Below, piece after piece: positions 38,301-52,690 of a stretch of DNA of 64,000 nt. Positions within the stretch are counted from its first letter, which is position 1, and the number at the start of each line of letters is the position of its first letter. Under the pieces are notes generated by a model. The model was given only the letters and a program-made list of their open reading frames with translations, did not search any database and was not told the origin of the DNA. The stretch spans positions 62,001-126,000 of the forward strand of contig NOWV01000175.1 in NCBI GenBank assembly GCA_003344405.1, written 5' to 3'. Source of the stretch: Trichoplax sp. H2 (taxonomy: Eukaryota). A program made the translations under genes and the position numbers.

Positions 38301-40443
38301 AACAGATTAAAGTTTCTACTTTGAATTAAACATTATGGCTCATAAAATCTTATCATAAATTGTTTAGTGCCGGTACTGTAAAAAATTGGGACATCATAAT
38401 AGCCCAGAAAATTACACATTCGATATAAAGTTGATACATTATTTAACTTAACATTGCATATATATAGATAGATTTGATATAGAGGCCAAGTCAAAGTATC
38501 CGCATGTAGCGGTAAATCAGGAATCGAAATACTGCAGTAGTTCGACTACTGTAATACGTTACCTTATGTAATAATCAATTGACTGATCTACTACTAATTT
38601 AAAAATACATTGTTCTATTAACGTAAAAGAAAATATCAAAACATTTTAGCTAGCATTTTATATAAAACACTATTACCAACTTAGAAATAACTGATAATGT
38701 TAGGTAAGACAGAATGGAATAAAGAAATAGGTAACTTACAATCGATATTAAAACTGATGGTATATTACTTCCAATATTGGATAGAAAGTCAAGTTACGTA
38801 TAAATAAATGCCTTAATATGACAATATTAGGAAGTGCTTTTTCTATGTTCGTCTCACTAATAATTACTGTAACGATGCTAATATCGTACATTAATTATAG
38901 AATAATAGACCATATTTCCTAATTAATATGTCGTTAACAATAAATTACTAAGCTATATTAGAAAGTAGTAACTTAAATTTGTCACGTAGTGCCATTTAAT
39001 GGATATTAATCAGCGTAAATTTAAGGTATTTCGAAACACTGGCCATAGATTGAATTCAAAGTCGACGTACTGGCAACATCAATCACTATGCCACATTAAA
39101 AGGCTATAACTCGATATTTATCCAATTACTGTTGCCTAAACTTTAAAAGTATATAATTACTATAATACATTGGATCATGTTTTCAAGACCTGCAAACATC
39201 AAGAGCTAATTATGAGTATTACTAAGCTATGTGCATACTAGAAGATTTATTTTACATTTAACATTAATACACATATCTATGTGATATCGGAAAGAGTAAG
39301 CTACACGCATCGTGAATCAGTTGATAGTTTCACAAGGATGAAATGTCTGCAATCAAAAATTCCAGACCACTATTAGAACAGTACATATTCTGCGTAACTA
39401 GGTACTATCATTACGTAAGGAATATGAAAATAGTATACATCTCATAAAATACTGGATCGTACAAATCTCATAGAGTAATAATCAATCATTACCCATAAAT
39501 AGAAGATGTCTGCTCTCTATTTTCAGTACTAGTTTCTACTAGATATCAACAGGGTAAAGCATGCGTATTTATCCTGAAATACTGTATGATACTTCAAGGT
39601 TGACATTACAGTAATAATCAATTTTCTAAACTATACGAATTAGGAGATATCTAATCCACATTTACTATATTGCTTCTTCATCAAAATTGGCACAGTTGAC
39701 GCGAAATAATAAATCATATTTCAAAAGTCAATACTTTAACAACAATAATCTCCAAGACATATTAGAATGAATCAACTTTGCCATCAAGATACTAATACCG
39801 AAAAATTACAAGGGTATTCATTCACCACAAAGCCAAATTTCAAAACCAACACACCAGTAATACTCTAATTACTTTCCCAAGTTAGAGGAGTTCGATTCCT
39901 TCAACAGATACGTATATTACTATTTAACAGGATTTTAAAGAATCATATTCTTTACCCTTAAAATCTTTATGTTCGTAACTATAATGAATTGTTTCAATTT
40001 ATTTCGTAACGAAACTTTCTCATAATTATGCCAGAAATTAGAAATGAAATTGCATTGATTTAATATATCAGTAACTTTAGTCAGATAAATGTTAAAAACG
40101 TCACAGTCCGTAAATTAGCAATGCAAAATATCAAATCATTCTTAAATTGTAAAAAGACAGGAGATGTTTTTAATATAGTTATTTTGTTAGTATCTATGAT
40201 ATAATTACATCTTGCAGCATTTATTTAATCAATATAAACATATAGAACAAACAATAATTCATGTAGAGAAATTTAATTTCATCTTGTAGGAACTATAAAG
40301 TAATCAGCTAGATTTCCCAAACATTTATATCATAAGCAATAGAAATTGCCTTAACCCATTTATTATAGAATTAATTAATGTAATAATGATAATAATCGAT
40401 TTCGATCGAATGTTTTGCAGCAACTGTACGCAATAATATTAAT

Positions 40444-40585
40444 TAGTGTTATACATAACTTAACTTTATAATTTCAAATACTCTACAACGATAGTGTCAA
40501 GATTTATGATACAGTAGTGTTGTACATAACTTAACTTTATAATTCCATATACTCTACAACGATAGTGTCAAGATTTATGATACAG
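40444..40585. repeat. 71-bp tandem duplication downstream of the GPCR stop
   Basis: TAGTGTT at 40444 and 40515; both units end GATTTATGATACAG. Confidence 0.9.
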
Positions 40586-40652
40586 AATTAGTATAAGTTA
40601 ATGGAGTTCATCGCGCAGTATGTCAGCAAATATATAGAAAATAAGCGTATAA

Positions 40653-41744
40653 TTATGCTTCTTGAATGTAAATATTAATCTTCCTTTTTCGATAGCATAA
40701 CCAATTAACATTGGAATCTTCATCATGAGTAAAGCAGACACAGCTATAAAGGGAGCAATGCTGCGTCCAACGTGTTATTAATTCAGTCACACCTTCGCGA
40801 AAGTTGCGATTTAATGCGCCGTACATCATAGGATTAATGCTAATACTACTAAAAGCTAACAAATAAACAGCTAATTCAGCTGATTTTTGATTACCAAACA
40901 GAGATGAATCCAAGAGCATAACAACAATTAATGGTAACCAAAGAACCCAATTAACAAAGACAACAACTAATAACGTGTATGTAACCTGTTTATCAATAGT
41001 ATTATGAGGATGATAACTTCGCCGCCTAGGACTATATGAATTAACTGGCAATGCTGTATCATTATTATCCGACATTGGCGATATTTTATGCCTCCATTGA
41101 GATTTAGGATTTTTATAAAGTAAGCATAATATTCGAATAGCTAGGATAAAAACAGTCAGAAATGGAAGAATTAACGTAATAATGATATCGATAAAACGAA
41201 AAGTACCCAATGGTTTGATAGTACAAAAACCAACCGCGTGGTTATACTCATAGCTACTAATAGATTCAAAAAAGGGCAATACAGCCATGATAATCGATTG
41301 ACTCCAGACATAAGTAATCAAGATGAAAAATCGCTTCTTATTAATTAAACGTGTATAGGTCATAGGGTATTTTATAGAATAGTAACGTATATAACTTATT
41401 ACAGTTAACGTTAAAATAGCTACATTAAATAAAACGACAATGAGAAAACCTATGGCATCACATGAATAATTGCCTGATGTCGAATTACCAAAAATCCATT
41501 GACCACTGATTAATGATGGTGGTATAAATGCTGTAACGATAATGGATGCTATAAAATGGCATACTGCGATATTGATGATAAAAGCATTGGTATATGTGTA
41601 TAATTGCTGATTTCGAGCTACGACGTAGAAAACTAAGAGGTTGCCACAAAATGCAATCATCGACACTAAGATGATAAAGATTACACTTGTGATTGTTGAG
41701 CCATTCACAGCAACCAATTTAACGGCTGATTCGTGAGTAACCAT
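40653..41744 (-). CDS. Intronless class A (rhodopsin-like) G protein-coupled receptor, orphan
   Basis: 363-aa ORF with seven hydrophobic segments. GNLLV (TM1), WIFG..C (ECL1/TM3), IRY at the DRY position, ECL2 Cys, WLP (TM6), NPMMY (TM7), NRNFR (helix 8). Confidence 0.93.
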   Translation of the reverse strand: MVTHESAVKLVAVNGSTITSVIFIILVSMIAFCGNLLVFYVVARNQQLYTYTNAFIINIAVCHFIASIIVTAFIPPSLISGQWIFGNSTSGNYSCDAIGFLIVVLFNVAILTLTVISYIRYYSIKYPMTYTRLINKKRFFILITYVWSQSIIMAVLPFFESISSYEYNHAVGFCTIKPLGTFRFIDIIITLILPFLTVFILAIRILCLLYKNPKSQWRHKISPMSDNNDTALPVNSYSPRRRSYHPHNTIDKQVTYTLLVVVFVNWVLWLPLIVVMLLDSSLFGNQKSAELAVYLLAFSSISINPMMYGALNRNFREGVTELITRWTQHCSLYSCVCFTHDEDSNVNWLCYRKRKINIYIQEA

Positions 41745-43379
41745 TGGGTATTAATGATTTTGACTAATGGATCAGCTATAAGTGAAAGAATACCAAATTT
41801 AGATAATTAGACCATATAAAGGTTGGTAATGATGCTGCTCTACCAGTTTAATAAGAACTTGTATAGGCGTATACCCAATTTCCTTGTCGGTTGATATTTT
41901 CCGATTATAAGAAGATCATGGAATACCAAATTATGGCATATAATAAAAACAAGACTTGACAATAATATTTTTACGTATCTGTTTGGTTGATAAATTTTCT
42001 CTTGATAGCTTGTGTGCAATGGAATTATTGAAATAATGATCAATTAATCATGCACTGATTGTGAATACCATTAGCACCTTTCTGGCTCTAATTTATTCTG
42101 GCTACGATATTCTATTCGTTAATTTGTTCGCAAAAGTAACAGCATCCAAATTCTATTAACGTTAACAGTTAGCTAACGATCGTGAGTGATCAAGTAAGCA
42201 ATTCTAGCCATACCTTAAAAGAGAGATTATTCTGGACCATATATTTTCATTCTATTAAACCAGATGATAACTTAGAAAATCTTATTGTCTTTAAATCTAA
42301 TTCTTTTCTCTCAATCAAACTGAGAAAAACGCCAATGTAACCTCTACCAAATATTCTATGTTTAATTGCTACTTAATAATTTTGAAATAGCATCCTATGC
42401 CAAGCACACGGCATGTAAATCTTTCGAAATAATAGTAATATCTTTTCTATACGGTACAATTCTAGGTTGAAGCCACTATAATTATTATCCTATTGATTTT
42501 TTCTAAATCACGATAATGATGCTTAGGAATGGTTCGTATCAATTCGAAGGGAAATTTTTACCCAGCTAGTTGCTGTATTTCTGAAATCAGAAATGGAAAA
42601 AAATCAATCATTTGAATTACTTCATAAAAATGAATCCATTCATTACTAGGTAATAGTTTGGCTATATTTAACCAAATTTGGATTATAATATTCTATTTTT
42701 GTTGTTTCTTAATTAAATAAGATGTTTAATGTAATGTTTATAACTCATTTATGCGACAATTGATTTCATTTTCTCCTTCAAGCATAATTTTTCAGGTGGC
42801 TGAACATAAATGAATATATTTTGGTTCGATATGAATAGTTTTAAATTATTAAAGACAGTAAAGAAACTTGAGTACCTAACTTCCTACCAGAAAAATCAAT
42901 TGTAGGAGCTCTACCGTAATTGCTCTTCATCAATTATTAAAACTTAAATTCTATTTAAGCAGCTATACATTGAGATTCTTATTTCTGAACTAAAAAATTT
43001 ATGATACCAATATGATATTATAATTCTATTTTGGCAGCCGCACATTGAAATCCTTATTTGTAAAACGAAAATCTGTGATAATAAATGTATAACAAACGGG
43101 ACACATTCTATTATACTATAGATCTACTCGTCTTTGACTACAATAGTACCATTATAATTCTGCATCGACGATGGCGTTGTACTTGAGATTATTATTCCTA
43201 ACTGGATATAGCTCTGCTCGCTTTGGTTAGAATAAGGCGATTAGAATTATAGTAGCGGCGATGCCACTGTACTTGAGATTATTACTCCTAGCTAGGATAT
43301 TAATCGATCATACGGGGATGAATCTATTCTGCATCCTCACTAGCTCTATTAATAATAGATGGTGTGCCCTCATCCTAAT

Positions 43380-43770
43380 TATATATCGGCAACGAATAAC
43401 TAGCATTTCCTTTATTTGTTATAAGTGCATCAATCTCGTAACAGAAATTGTTGTAATCCTCCAATTATCCTGAAAGTTTAACATAATTATAGATATCGGC
43501 AATAAAAAATTAGCATTTACTTATTTGCCATAAGTGCATCAGTCCTGCGATAGAAATACTTGTAATCCTCCACTTTATCCAGAAAAGTTAGCATAATTAT
43601 ATATACTAGCGAAACCCGTGGAAACGCCATTGAATACAGTGCGATTTTAAGTTAATTCGCATTAATAGGATTTGATATCGGTCATAAAAAAAACTAGCAT
43701 TTCCTTGTTTGCCATAAGTGCATCAGTCTCGTAAGGGAACACTGATAATCCTCCACTTTATCGAGAAAGG
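43380..43770. repeat. Degenerate direct repeat, 3 copies (TAGCATTT...ATAAGTGCATCA...AATCCTCCA)
   Basis: Motif block recurs at ~43401, ~43511 and ~43696. Confidence 0.8.
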
Positions 43771-46189
43771 CTAGCTGACTTATTATTTCACAATCTTTTT
43801 AATTATTAAGTTTCTGTCGGTATTTTTAATCCGTGATTTAACGAGGTGCATTTTCATACCCGATATTTATTCCCTTTCTATTCAACTAGCTATAAGCTCT
43901 TCATAAAATAGCGTTGTAAGAAATGACTTCTTTCAGTCAGATAAAGAAGTTAAATTTATACAAATCTAGAACGGAAAAGAGGAAGCTTTATCTATTAGGA
44001 TTGCTAATAAGCTTATTTTGGTAAGTTTACACTTATGACTTGAAAGCGTTTCAATTGGCTACGAAAATAGGAGAGCTTTATTTTCTAATGGGACTTCAAT
44101 CATTAGATAGAAAAATAACCATGTTTGCTCCTTTCTAATATAGATCATTACGTAAATGCTATACATCAATGCCATTATTTATTAAGCAATGACGTGGATA
44201 ATTATTTGCTCAAATGGAAATTCAATAAAGATGCGGCGAACAGGAATACAGTTCAAAAACAATTGATCGGATAATAATGTAAGGCCTAAGTGGCAAAATT
44301 GAACGTGAAAGCATAGTCATTATCAAGTAGCCTTTTCCAGTCTAAATTAATATGGATCCCATTGAGTTGATTTTACTGCAGTTTATTAATCCGTTGAATC
44401 GCAATACGATGATCTCTATGAGTTGGTTGGACCGTAACTTATTAAAATAAGACGAAGCCGGTTCGTTAGGCATTACGATTCAATTAAATTGATGAACAAT
44501 CTCAGCCATAATGTTTAACTCAAGATCACGACGAAATCATTATCTCGCAGCGATTGCTTTAAAATTCTGCTAGCTTGCTAATATTAATTAATCGGAAATC
44601 ATATTCAACGATTAGCGCAATAAATGATACCAGAAAACAAATTCTAACTTGGTAGATTTCGAATCTTTAAGTTGTTTAGCAGATTTTGATGTGTCAGCAA
44701 GATAGAGCTTTTAAAATGAAAACATAATACTGGCTAATTTGGATAACAAGACAAGGACTTTACCATCGATTTTCCCATACTCGTCGATGTCATTTTTTCG
44801 TCTCAGAATTAGTCATTATTGTTAATTTTATTTGCACGATTCATTAAAAGCATTCACTTATAATATTTAATGGATATTAATGACTCGTTATTTCTCTTCC
44901 GTCACAGAATTAGTCTGTCAATATTTTTTCTATTTTGATGATCCATTGGAGGATTTTATTTATAGTTTTGAAGGATAACCAGAATAGAAAGGGCTTACTA
45001 CCCGCTATAAATAAACTATATAGTCTCAAATTAGGACAATCGAGTACAGTTTTTGGTGCTAGATACTATTAGGAATTACTCATAGTTCAAGAAAGTAGAG
45101 CAGTCAACATCCATGTGTACTGTGTAAAATTTAATTAGATTATAATTGTGAAGAGTTTGAAAAGAATTTAGCGATTACTAAATTTCACAACAAGCTAATT
45201 GAATAAAGTGCCAAGTCAATTTGCTAAAGAATCTTACGCGAAAAAGTGCAAACGAACAAATGATTGCAACGATTTCATGATAACGGAAATAGAGCAAACA
45301 GTCTAAAAGAAGCAGAAATTACGATACTATATTTAGCTTGGTAAAATCAGTCGAGATGTGGAAACGATGGCAACGATTGCATGAGTAATATAAATAAAGC
45401 AAGTAGTAATCGATTTATCTTTTCATTCGTTATGAATAACTTTAAAGTTGGCATCAACATGCTGATCCAAGTGTTATAAAGAGTAAAATCAGACTCTCTT
45501 ATGTTGTTAAATAGTCAATGACGGAACTTAGTGAACTAAAATTATTACACAAGATAGGTATATTACTGTTGAAAATGCATGATTAGATTAAAAATCACTT
45601 ATGGAATAGATCAAGCGATAGCTACATATAAGAATGGGCATTAAGCATACAAGAGGAAGTAAAGAATCTATTGGATTACTTCTGCCTGACTCCATCATTG
45701 AATTAGTTCGAAATAAAAAAACTATTTCTCTTCATTGACTTATAGTATCCAAGATATTGTAAGTTACCTTAGCTCTTTTCAGCTTGGAAAATAAAACTCA
45801 TGGAAAAAGAAAGGGGTGGATCCAGCGGTGTGAGAGAGAAAATGAACTGACGTGTGACATCGGGACGGTCTATAAAATTGTCCTGATTAGAGTCAGAAAA
45901 TGCAGTAGATGACAGCCATCAAAAGTAGAGAATGGAATAATCCAGGCAGCCTTGCCGATCTTTGGGTGTTAATAGGTTAATTATCTCAGCGGAAGTTGAA
46001 ACTAATTGAACTTGGATAATGACAGAAATGTTATTAAGCTGTAAAATATTCGGATTGGTTGATTGGTGTCATGATCGGATACTTCTACAATAATCATCGA
46101 TAACCCTGCTACAAAATCTTTTCGATCTGTGATATCGCATAGAATGATTGAGCAAATTGTATCAACCTTTTGACTAGGTTGGAACTAAT

Positions 46190-49100
46190 GATAGTAACTT
46201 TTCTCCATTATAACAAGACAATTAGCTTTCTCGAAACAGAAGAAGTTAGACAGTAAGCATTCTACAATAACTTTTTCATTTTGCAAGTCAATGCGTTACT
46301 CGTTGAATTCTTGTCAAGCCAATTTATTTTGGTCTATCATCTTGTATAAGTTTGCATAGCGTTAGATTCTTCATTTTTTCCGTCATAACAACAGAAATAA
46401 CGCTATCGGAAGACAAGAAGTTGGAGAGTAAGCATATTCTTATATTATATCAAATCGAAAGTAAATCTCTAGTTGATTGCATTATTCTCTAATTAATTTA
46501 TTCTGATCGATCACCGCAGACTTGTATTCGGTTTCTTTTGCATAAGTACAGAGTTTGAGGAAACCACAGAAATAACGTTATGTAAGGACCAGAAGTTGGA
46601 GAGTAAAAAATTCTCCTTTGCTATTTCATGTGGAAAGTGTAGGCCATGTTCATTGATTATTTTGTGTCATCATCAATCTATTCTAGTCTGCTACATTCTA
46701 TTCAATTTCTTTGGGATTGTCATAGAGTTGATTACATCTGTTTCCGTCCGAATAACTACAATAATACTATTGCAAGACAAGAAATTGGAGAGTAAAAATA
46801 TTCGTGCACTCTGCCATATCGAAAGTAAAGAAGGCCTTGGCTATTGAATTATTCTTAAACTAATTGATTCGAATCTTTCATTTCAGACTTGTATTCGGTT
46901 TCTTAGTATAACTACAGAGTTTGGAAGTAGTAACAGAAACAACGATAGCTAAATACAAGAAGTTGGAAAGTAAAACTTTCCTTATGCTATTTCAAGAGGA
47001 AAGTAAAAAGCCTTGTTCATTAGTCTACCACCTTACATTAGGTTTTCGTTAGCCATAGACTTAAACTTAATCATTCTCCGTTAGAACATTAGAAAATAAC
47101 GTTATTGCAAGACAAGAAGTATCACTTCAGACTTGTATTCGGTTTTTTTGTATCACTACAGCACCTGGAGTAACAAGAGAAACACTTTCTCTTATGCCAT
47201 TTCATGTTAATGTAAGGCCTTATTCATTGAATGATCATAAATTATATATATGCAATATAATTAATCTGTTCTAGTCTTCCAGCTTACATTAGGTTTCTTT
47301 GGTAGTCATGGAATTAGGATTAATTATTTTTCGTTAGAACAACAGAAGTAACTCTATTGCTGAGCAAGAAGTATCATTTCAGACATGGATAAGGTTTCTT
47401 TTGCATCACTGCAGTGTTTGGGGATAACAACAGAAACAACGATAGCTAAATACAAAAACTTGGAGAGTATAAATTTTCTTAGGCTATTCCATCTGGGAGC
47501 ACAGACCTTGTTCATGAAATTATAATAAATTATATATATCATAATTAATCTGTTCTAGTTTGCCACCTTACATTAGCTTTTTTGGACGTAGCCATAGATT
47601 TAGGCTTAATCATTTTCCGTTTCAATCATAAAAATAACGCTGTTGCAAGACAAGAAATTGGAGTAAGAATATTCTTATGCTATGTCATCGAAAATAAAGG
47701 CCTTGGTCATTGAATTATTTTAGAACCAATTTGTTGTGGTCGATAATTTAATATTCGATTTCTTTTGCTTAGCAATCGAGTTTGTAGGTCATTTCTCCTC
47801 ATAGAGCAACAGAAACAACCCTATTTATTTGGAAAGTCAAGGCCTTACTCACTGATCTATTCAATAATACATATCTATAATTAAGCCATTTATTGTAGTT
47901 TACCACCTAATATTCGATTTTTTTACGCTTAGCAATCGAATTTGCGGGGATTTTTTTCCCCTTTATAGAGTAGCAGAAGCAAGGATTTCTATATAGCATT
48001 TAAAGACCTTATTGATTGATTGATTCACAAATTCAAAAATCCGTTGCAGTCTACAACCTAATGTTCCATTTCTTATGTGTAGGAATCGAGTTTACGATTA
48101 TTCTTTCCCTATAAAGTAAAGAAAAACAATGCTATCTGACACGTCAAAGTTGTATAGTAGAAACCATTTTTCCATGGCATTTTTCTAGTCTATCCCCAAT
48201 ATCAAATTTCTTTTGCAATCCTAGATACTTTTAGGGAAACTCTTTTCTTATCATTTTTTCCCTATAAAGTAAGAGAAACAACACTATCGGACAAGTCAAA
48301 ATTGGATAGTAGAAATGACTTTTCTATGTCATTCTTCTAGTCTATCCCAATTGTCAAATTCTTGGCAACGCTAGACAGTTTTAGGAAACTCTTTTCTTTT
48401 ATAGCTACAGAAATAATGCTATTTCTAGAGAAGAAGTCAGAGAGTGACATTTTTCTAGATCATTACAATCACTGATGAGCACAGTCGGTTTCTTTTGCAT
48501 CATAATCCAGTTTTATCTACTCTTTCTCTTCTAACGGCAGAAAAAATGATTTCTTAAAAGTCAAAGTTAGGTAGTTTAAATGATTTTATAGTATTCTTTC
48601 CATCGATCAGCTAAAGTTCGATTTTATCTGCTATGGTAGAACATTTTAGGGGTATTTCTTTTCCATTATAGCAAGAGAAACAACAATATCTCTAGAGGCG
48701 AAGTTGGATAGTGGAAATTTTTTTCACTCTATTCTGCTAGTCTGTTGCCTAAGATGACTTTTCTATTGAGCGAGGAGTTTAAGCAAACTCGTTCTATTCC
48801 AACAGCGAAACAGCGATATCTTAGAATGCAATTGGAATAGTAGAATTTTCCTACGATATTCTTATTGCATAAGGAAGAGTGACTTTTCTTCCGCATAACT
48901 GTGGAGATTTTACCGAATTCCTCTCTGTTCCAACAACCAAAAATAAGATATCCTAGAGTGCAAGTGGGATAGAATTTTCCTGTGACATTGTTATTGTAAA
49001 AGAAAGAATGACTTTTCTTCTGGATAACTGTGGGGATTTTATCGAATTCTTTTCTATTCCAACGGCCTAAAATAAGATAGCTTAGAAAGCAAGAAGAATA

Positions 49101-50700
49101 GTAGAATTTTCCTATAATATTCTAATTTCAATAGTAAGCATCTTGATTATTGAATTATACCACGTCTACCAGATCCGTAAAACTAATTACTGGTAAATTC
49201 ATTGTAGTGTATCACCTAAAAGATTTCCTTCACATGCTATCGAGTTTAGGAGAACCATTTTCCATTCAAACAACAGATATCTTACTATAAAAGTTTTTTA
49301 GTACACCATTCTTGTTTCAAAAGCAACGATCTTGCTAATTAAATTATCCGCTAATAAACCCAATGTAGCGTATCACTTCAACGATTTTTAGCAAAGCTCT
49401 TAACTTTAAAGTCAACATGAACAGAAATAGGGCTATTTCACGAATAGAAGATGAATAGTAGAATTTCTCAATGATATTCTATTTTAAAGTAAAAATGTCA
49501 CTAATTCAATTAGCCTGTAAGCAATCCGATATAGCGTATCGTTGAAAAGATTTCTTTTACATCGCTTAGAGTGTACGCCACCCAGTGAAAGAAATATTGC
49601 TATTTCAAAGGGAGAAGATAAATAGTTGAGTTTTCCATTGGATAGCAGAAATAGCATCATTTCAAAATGGAAGATGAATAGTAGGAATATTCCTTTGACA
49701 ATCTCATTTTAAAACGAAGGAGCTTGTTAATTGAATTATCCTATAGCAAATCCATTGTAGTCTATTGCTTAAAAGATTTCTTTTGCATATCTCTGGAGTT
49801 TCGGGCAACCATTGACAAAATAACGATATCTAAAAGGGAGAAGATCTAGAGTAGAGTCTCTCTTTAATAATCCCATTTTATAAGAAAGAATTTTGATCGC
49901 TGAAAGATTCTACAACTAATTTGTTGTAGAATATTGCCTAAACGAATTTTGTTATAGCTTTATAGTTTACAGCAATTACTAACAGAAATGACGATATCTC
50001 AAGGGGAGAAGATCTAGAGAAGACTTTCTCGTTGATAATCTCATTTTATAAGTAACGATTCTTTTTATCGAATTATTCTTTAATCAATCTGTTGTAGAAT
50101 ATCGTCTGAATGAATTTGTTATAACTCTAGAGGTTCGGGCAACCATTGACAGAACGAAGGATATCTCAAGTGGAGAAAATTTACAGTAGACTTTCTCTTT
50201 GACAATCTTACCTTATATGTATAGAACCTTATTTATTGAATTACTTTAAAGCCAATTTGTTGTTGTATAGTATTTCTGAAACGAATTTGTTATAACTCGA
50301 GAGTTTAGGGCAACCATTGACCGAAGGAGCAATATCTCAAGTGAAGAAGATTAAGAGTAGAGTTTCTCTTCGACTATCTTATTTTATAAGTAAGGAATCT
50401 TATTCATTGAATTATTCTACGACCAATCCGTTGTAGGAGATGGCCTAAGCGGATTGTTATAAATTTAAAGTTTTAGCGTAGTTACTGTAGGAAATAGAGA
50501 TATCTCAAGAGTAAATGACTTATACTAGGAGTATTCCTTTTTTCAAAGATAATTCCTCTGTCACCAATCCCTTCTAGTTGATCACTTGAAAGTTATTTTA
50601 TCCAGCGACATGTTAAACATTTTCACTCATCACCTCGGAAACGACAATCTATCATAAGTCAAAGTTAGTAGAAGGAGTTTTCTTATGGAATTTATTTAGT
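46190..50700. repeat. Long degenerate tandem array, unit ~170-185 bp
   Basis: AGAAGTTGGAGAGTAA-type anchors at 46416, 46591, 46780, 46958. ATATCTCAAG-type anchors at 49826, 49994, 50161, 50332, 50500. Confidence 0.8.
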
Positions 50701-52119
50701 TTATTACCCAATTCAATTTCTTATGCCTAGGTATGTAATTTCTCTCATCACAACAAAAATAATAAATACTTCAAATGTAGGTATTGGATAGAACTCTCAC
50801 ATAAGGGATTATTCAATATCATCCATCTCGACTATCCCTTCATCAGTTTCTTTTGCCTAGCTATCGAGTTAAAGGGAGTCCATCTCCCCATTATAGCAAC
50901 CCAACTATTAATATCCTATCGTCCAGAGATTGAAAGTAGGCATTTTCCCATGATGTTCTCATTTCAAAGGAAGGTTAATGTTGATAACATGATTGGGCAA
51001 CATAATTAATCTGTAGTAATCTATCACTTATTGGGTTTTATTTTTGCGTAGTGATTGCGTTAAGGTGAGAGAAGTGCCTGGACAGAAAGGGTGAACTAAA
51101 TAAATAATTCCAGTCTAGTAAGGATTATCCTTGCAATGCTTTCTTCTAGACCTATCTAGCCTTCTTAGTTTTCGTATTAGTGCATTAGTCAGCATGATCA
51201 TGTGTCGATGCTGTAAGCGATTATTCCTCTACGCTCGGAAAGATTTTAAATTTAAAACAGGACATCAGGGGTACATTTGTAGAAGTCCATGGTCATGGCT
51301 AAAATTCAAGTTTGAATTAGAAAAGGTTTGCTTTTGGCCTTCATTATTGATGCAATTTCGTAATCCTCGATTATGGCATAGCAGGATAAACTATTTCCGA
51401 TAGCGAATGGCCGTCATGGCCGTTAAATTCTCATCAGTATGGACCACTACGACAAATAGTGACACAATTCTGCTAGACCAGTACATGTCTTATGCATTGA
51501 AAGACAGCGGATATGGAAGTTATTTTACTTATGACGGATACAAGTTGAAAAAGATAGAAAAATTCTACTCAAGACTTGCTAGCTCATTTCATTTTCACAT
51601 ATCCTTGATATCCTTCCTTACAGTAAAACTACTAACGATAGTCTTACGGACTGTTAATGGTAGGCGATATCCTTCAATTATTGACTGTAATATAACTAGG
51701 ATTCCTTTAGGAGGCGATACCAGATAGGAGGATGATCATTTGTCCAAATCGAATCTATATTTGACGGCTATTTCAGGTACAAACTCTATTGGAACGAATT
51801 ACTTTCTTCAAGGGTTTTCTACAAGCTATATAGTGTCAGTGATGCTGTTCTTGACTACTTTAATATCGATTAATGGATGGGATAGAGCATTATGCTATTA
51901 TAAATTCGATGAAAACCCCTGTAGGAAGAGAGACAGCAGGATGAAAATCGATTATCATTTTACTAAACCGATATTAGATTCAATGCTCAAGTGGAAGATT
52001 GAATGCAGAAACCTCTTGCTACGATAGTGTTAGTCTCGATACAAGAGATAGCCATTTTTCTGCAACGACTGATTAATTATAGTCATCATGGCTGCCCAAG
52101 GATTTAGAATAGGGCGATG

Positions 52120-52690
52120 CTACAACTAAAATGCCTGTTGAGAAGGATAGAGACTATAGATGAAAGAAGAAATGGAGGAACAAGCCGAAATTATTGTTGC
52201 GAGTGAAATACCTGTAGAAGGAGAGAAACTATAGGAGTAACAAGAAATGAAGAAGTAACCTGAAATAGTGGTTACAATTAAAATGCCTGTAGATGAAGAC
52301 AGACTGTAAGAGTAAGAAGAAATGAAGGAGCAAGCTGAATAGCAGCTATAATTAAAATGCTTGTAGATGAAGACAGATGAAGATATCAAGGAATCAAATT
52401 TAAATTATTGTTACAAATGAAATATATGTAAAAGAAGAGACTGTAGACGTAAGAAGAAATGTAACAGCAATCTGAAATAGTACTCACAATTAAAATACTT
52501 GCATAAAGACTGTAAATGGAAGAAGAAATGAAATGAAGGAGCAAACTGAAATTGTTTGTTGCAATTAAAATGTCTCTACAGGAAGAGAGACTAGGAATAG
52601 AAGAAACAATCTTAAATAGTTGTTGTAAACGAAATTTTCTGTAGAAGGAGATAGACTGTAGATGAAAAAAGAAATAAAGGAACAAGCTTC
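52120..52690. repeat. Purine-rich degenerate minisatellite, unit ~70-78 bp, about 8 copies
   Basis: TAAAATGCCTGTAGA-like anchors at ~52127, 52206, 52279, 52353, 52419, 52491, 52566, 52632. Confidence 0.8.

Noticed and set aside
51131-52027. Three consecutive plus-strand ORFs suggestive of a decayed gene or transposon
   Set aside because: No recognisable transposase, RT or other motifs and no terminal repeats seen; a BLASTx would be needed to reopen this.
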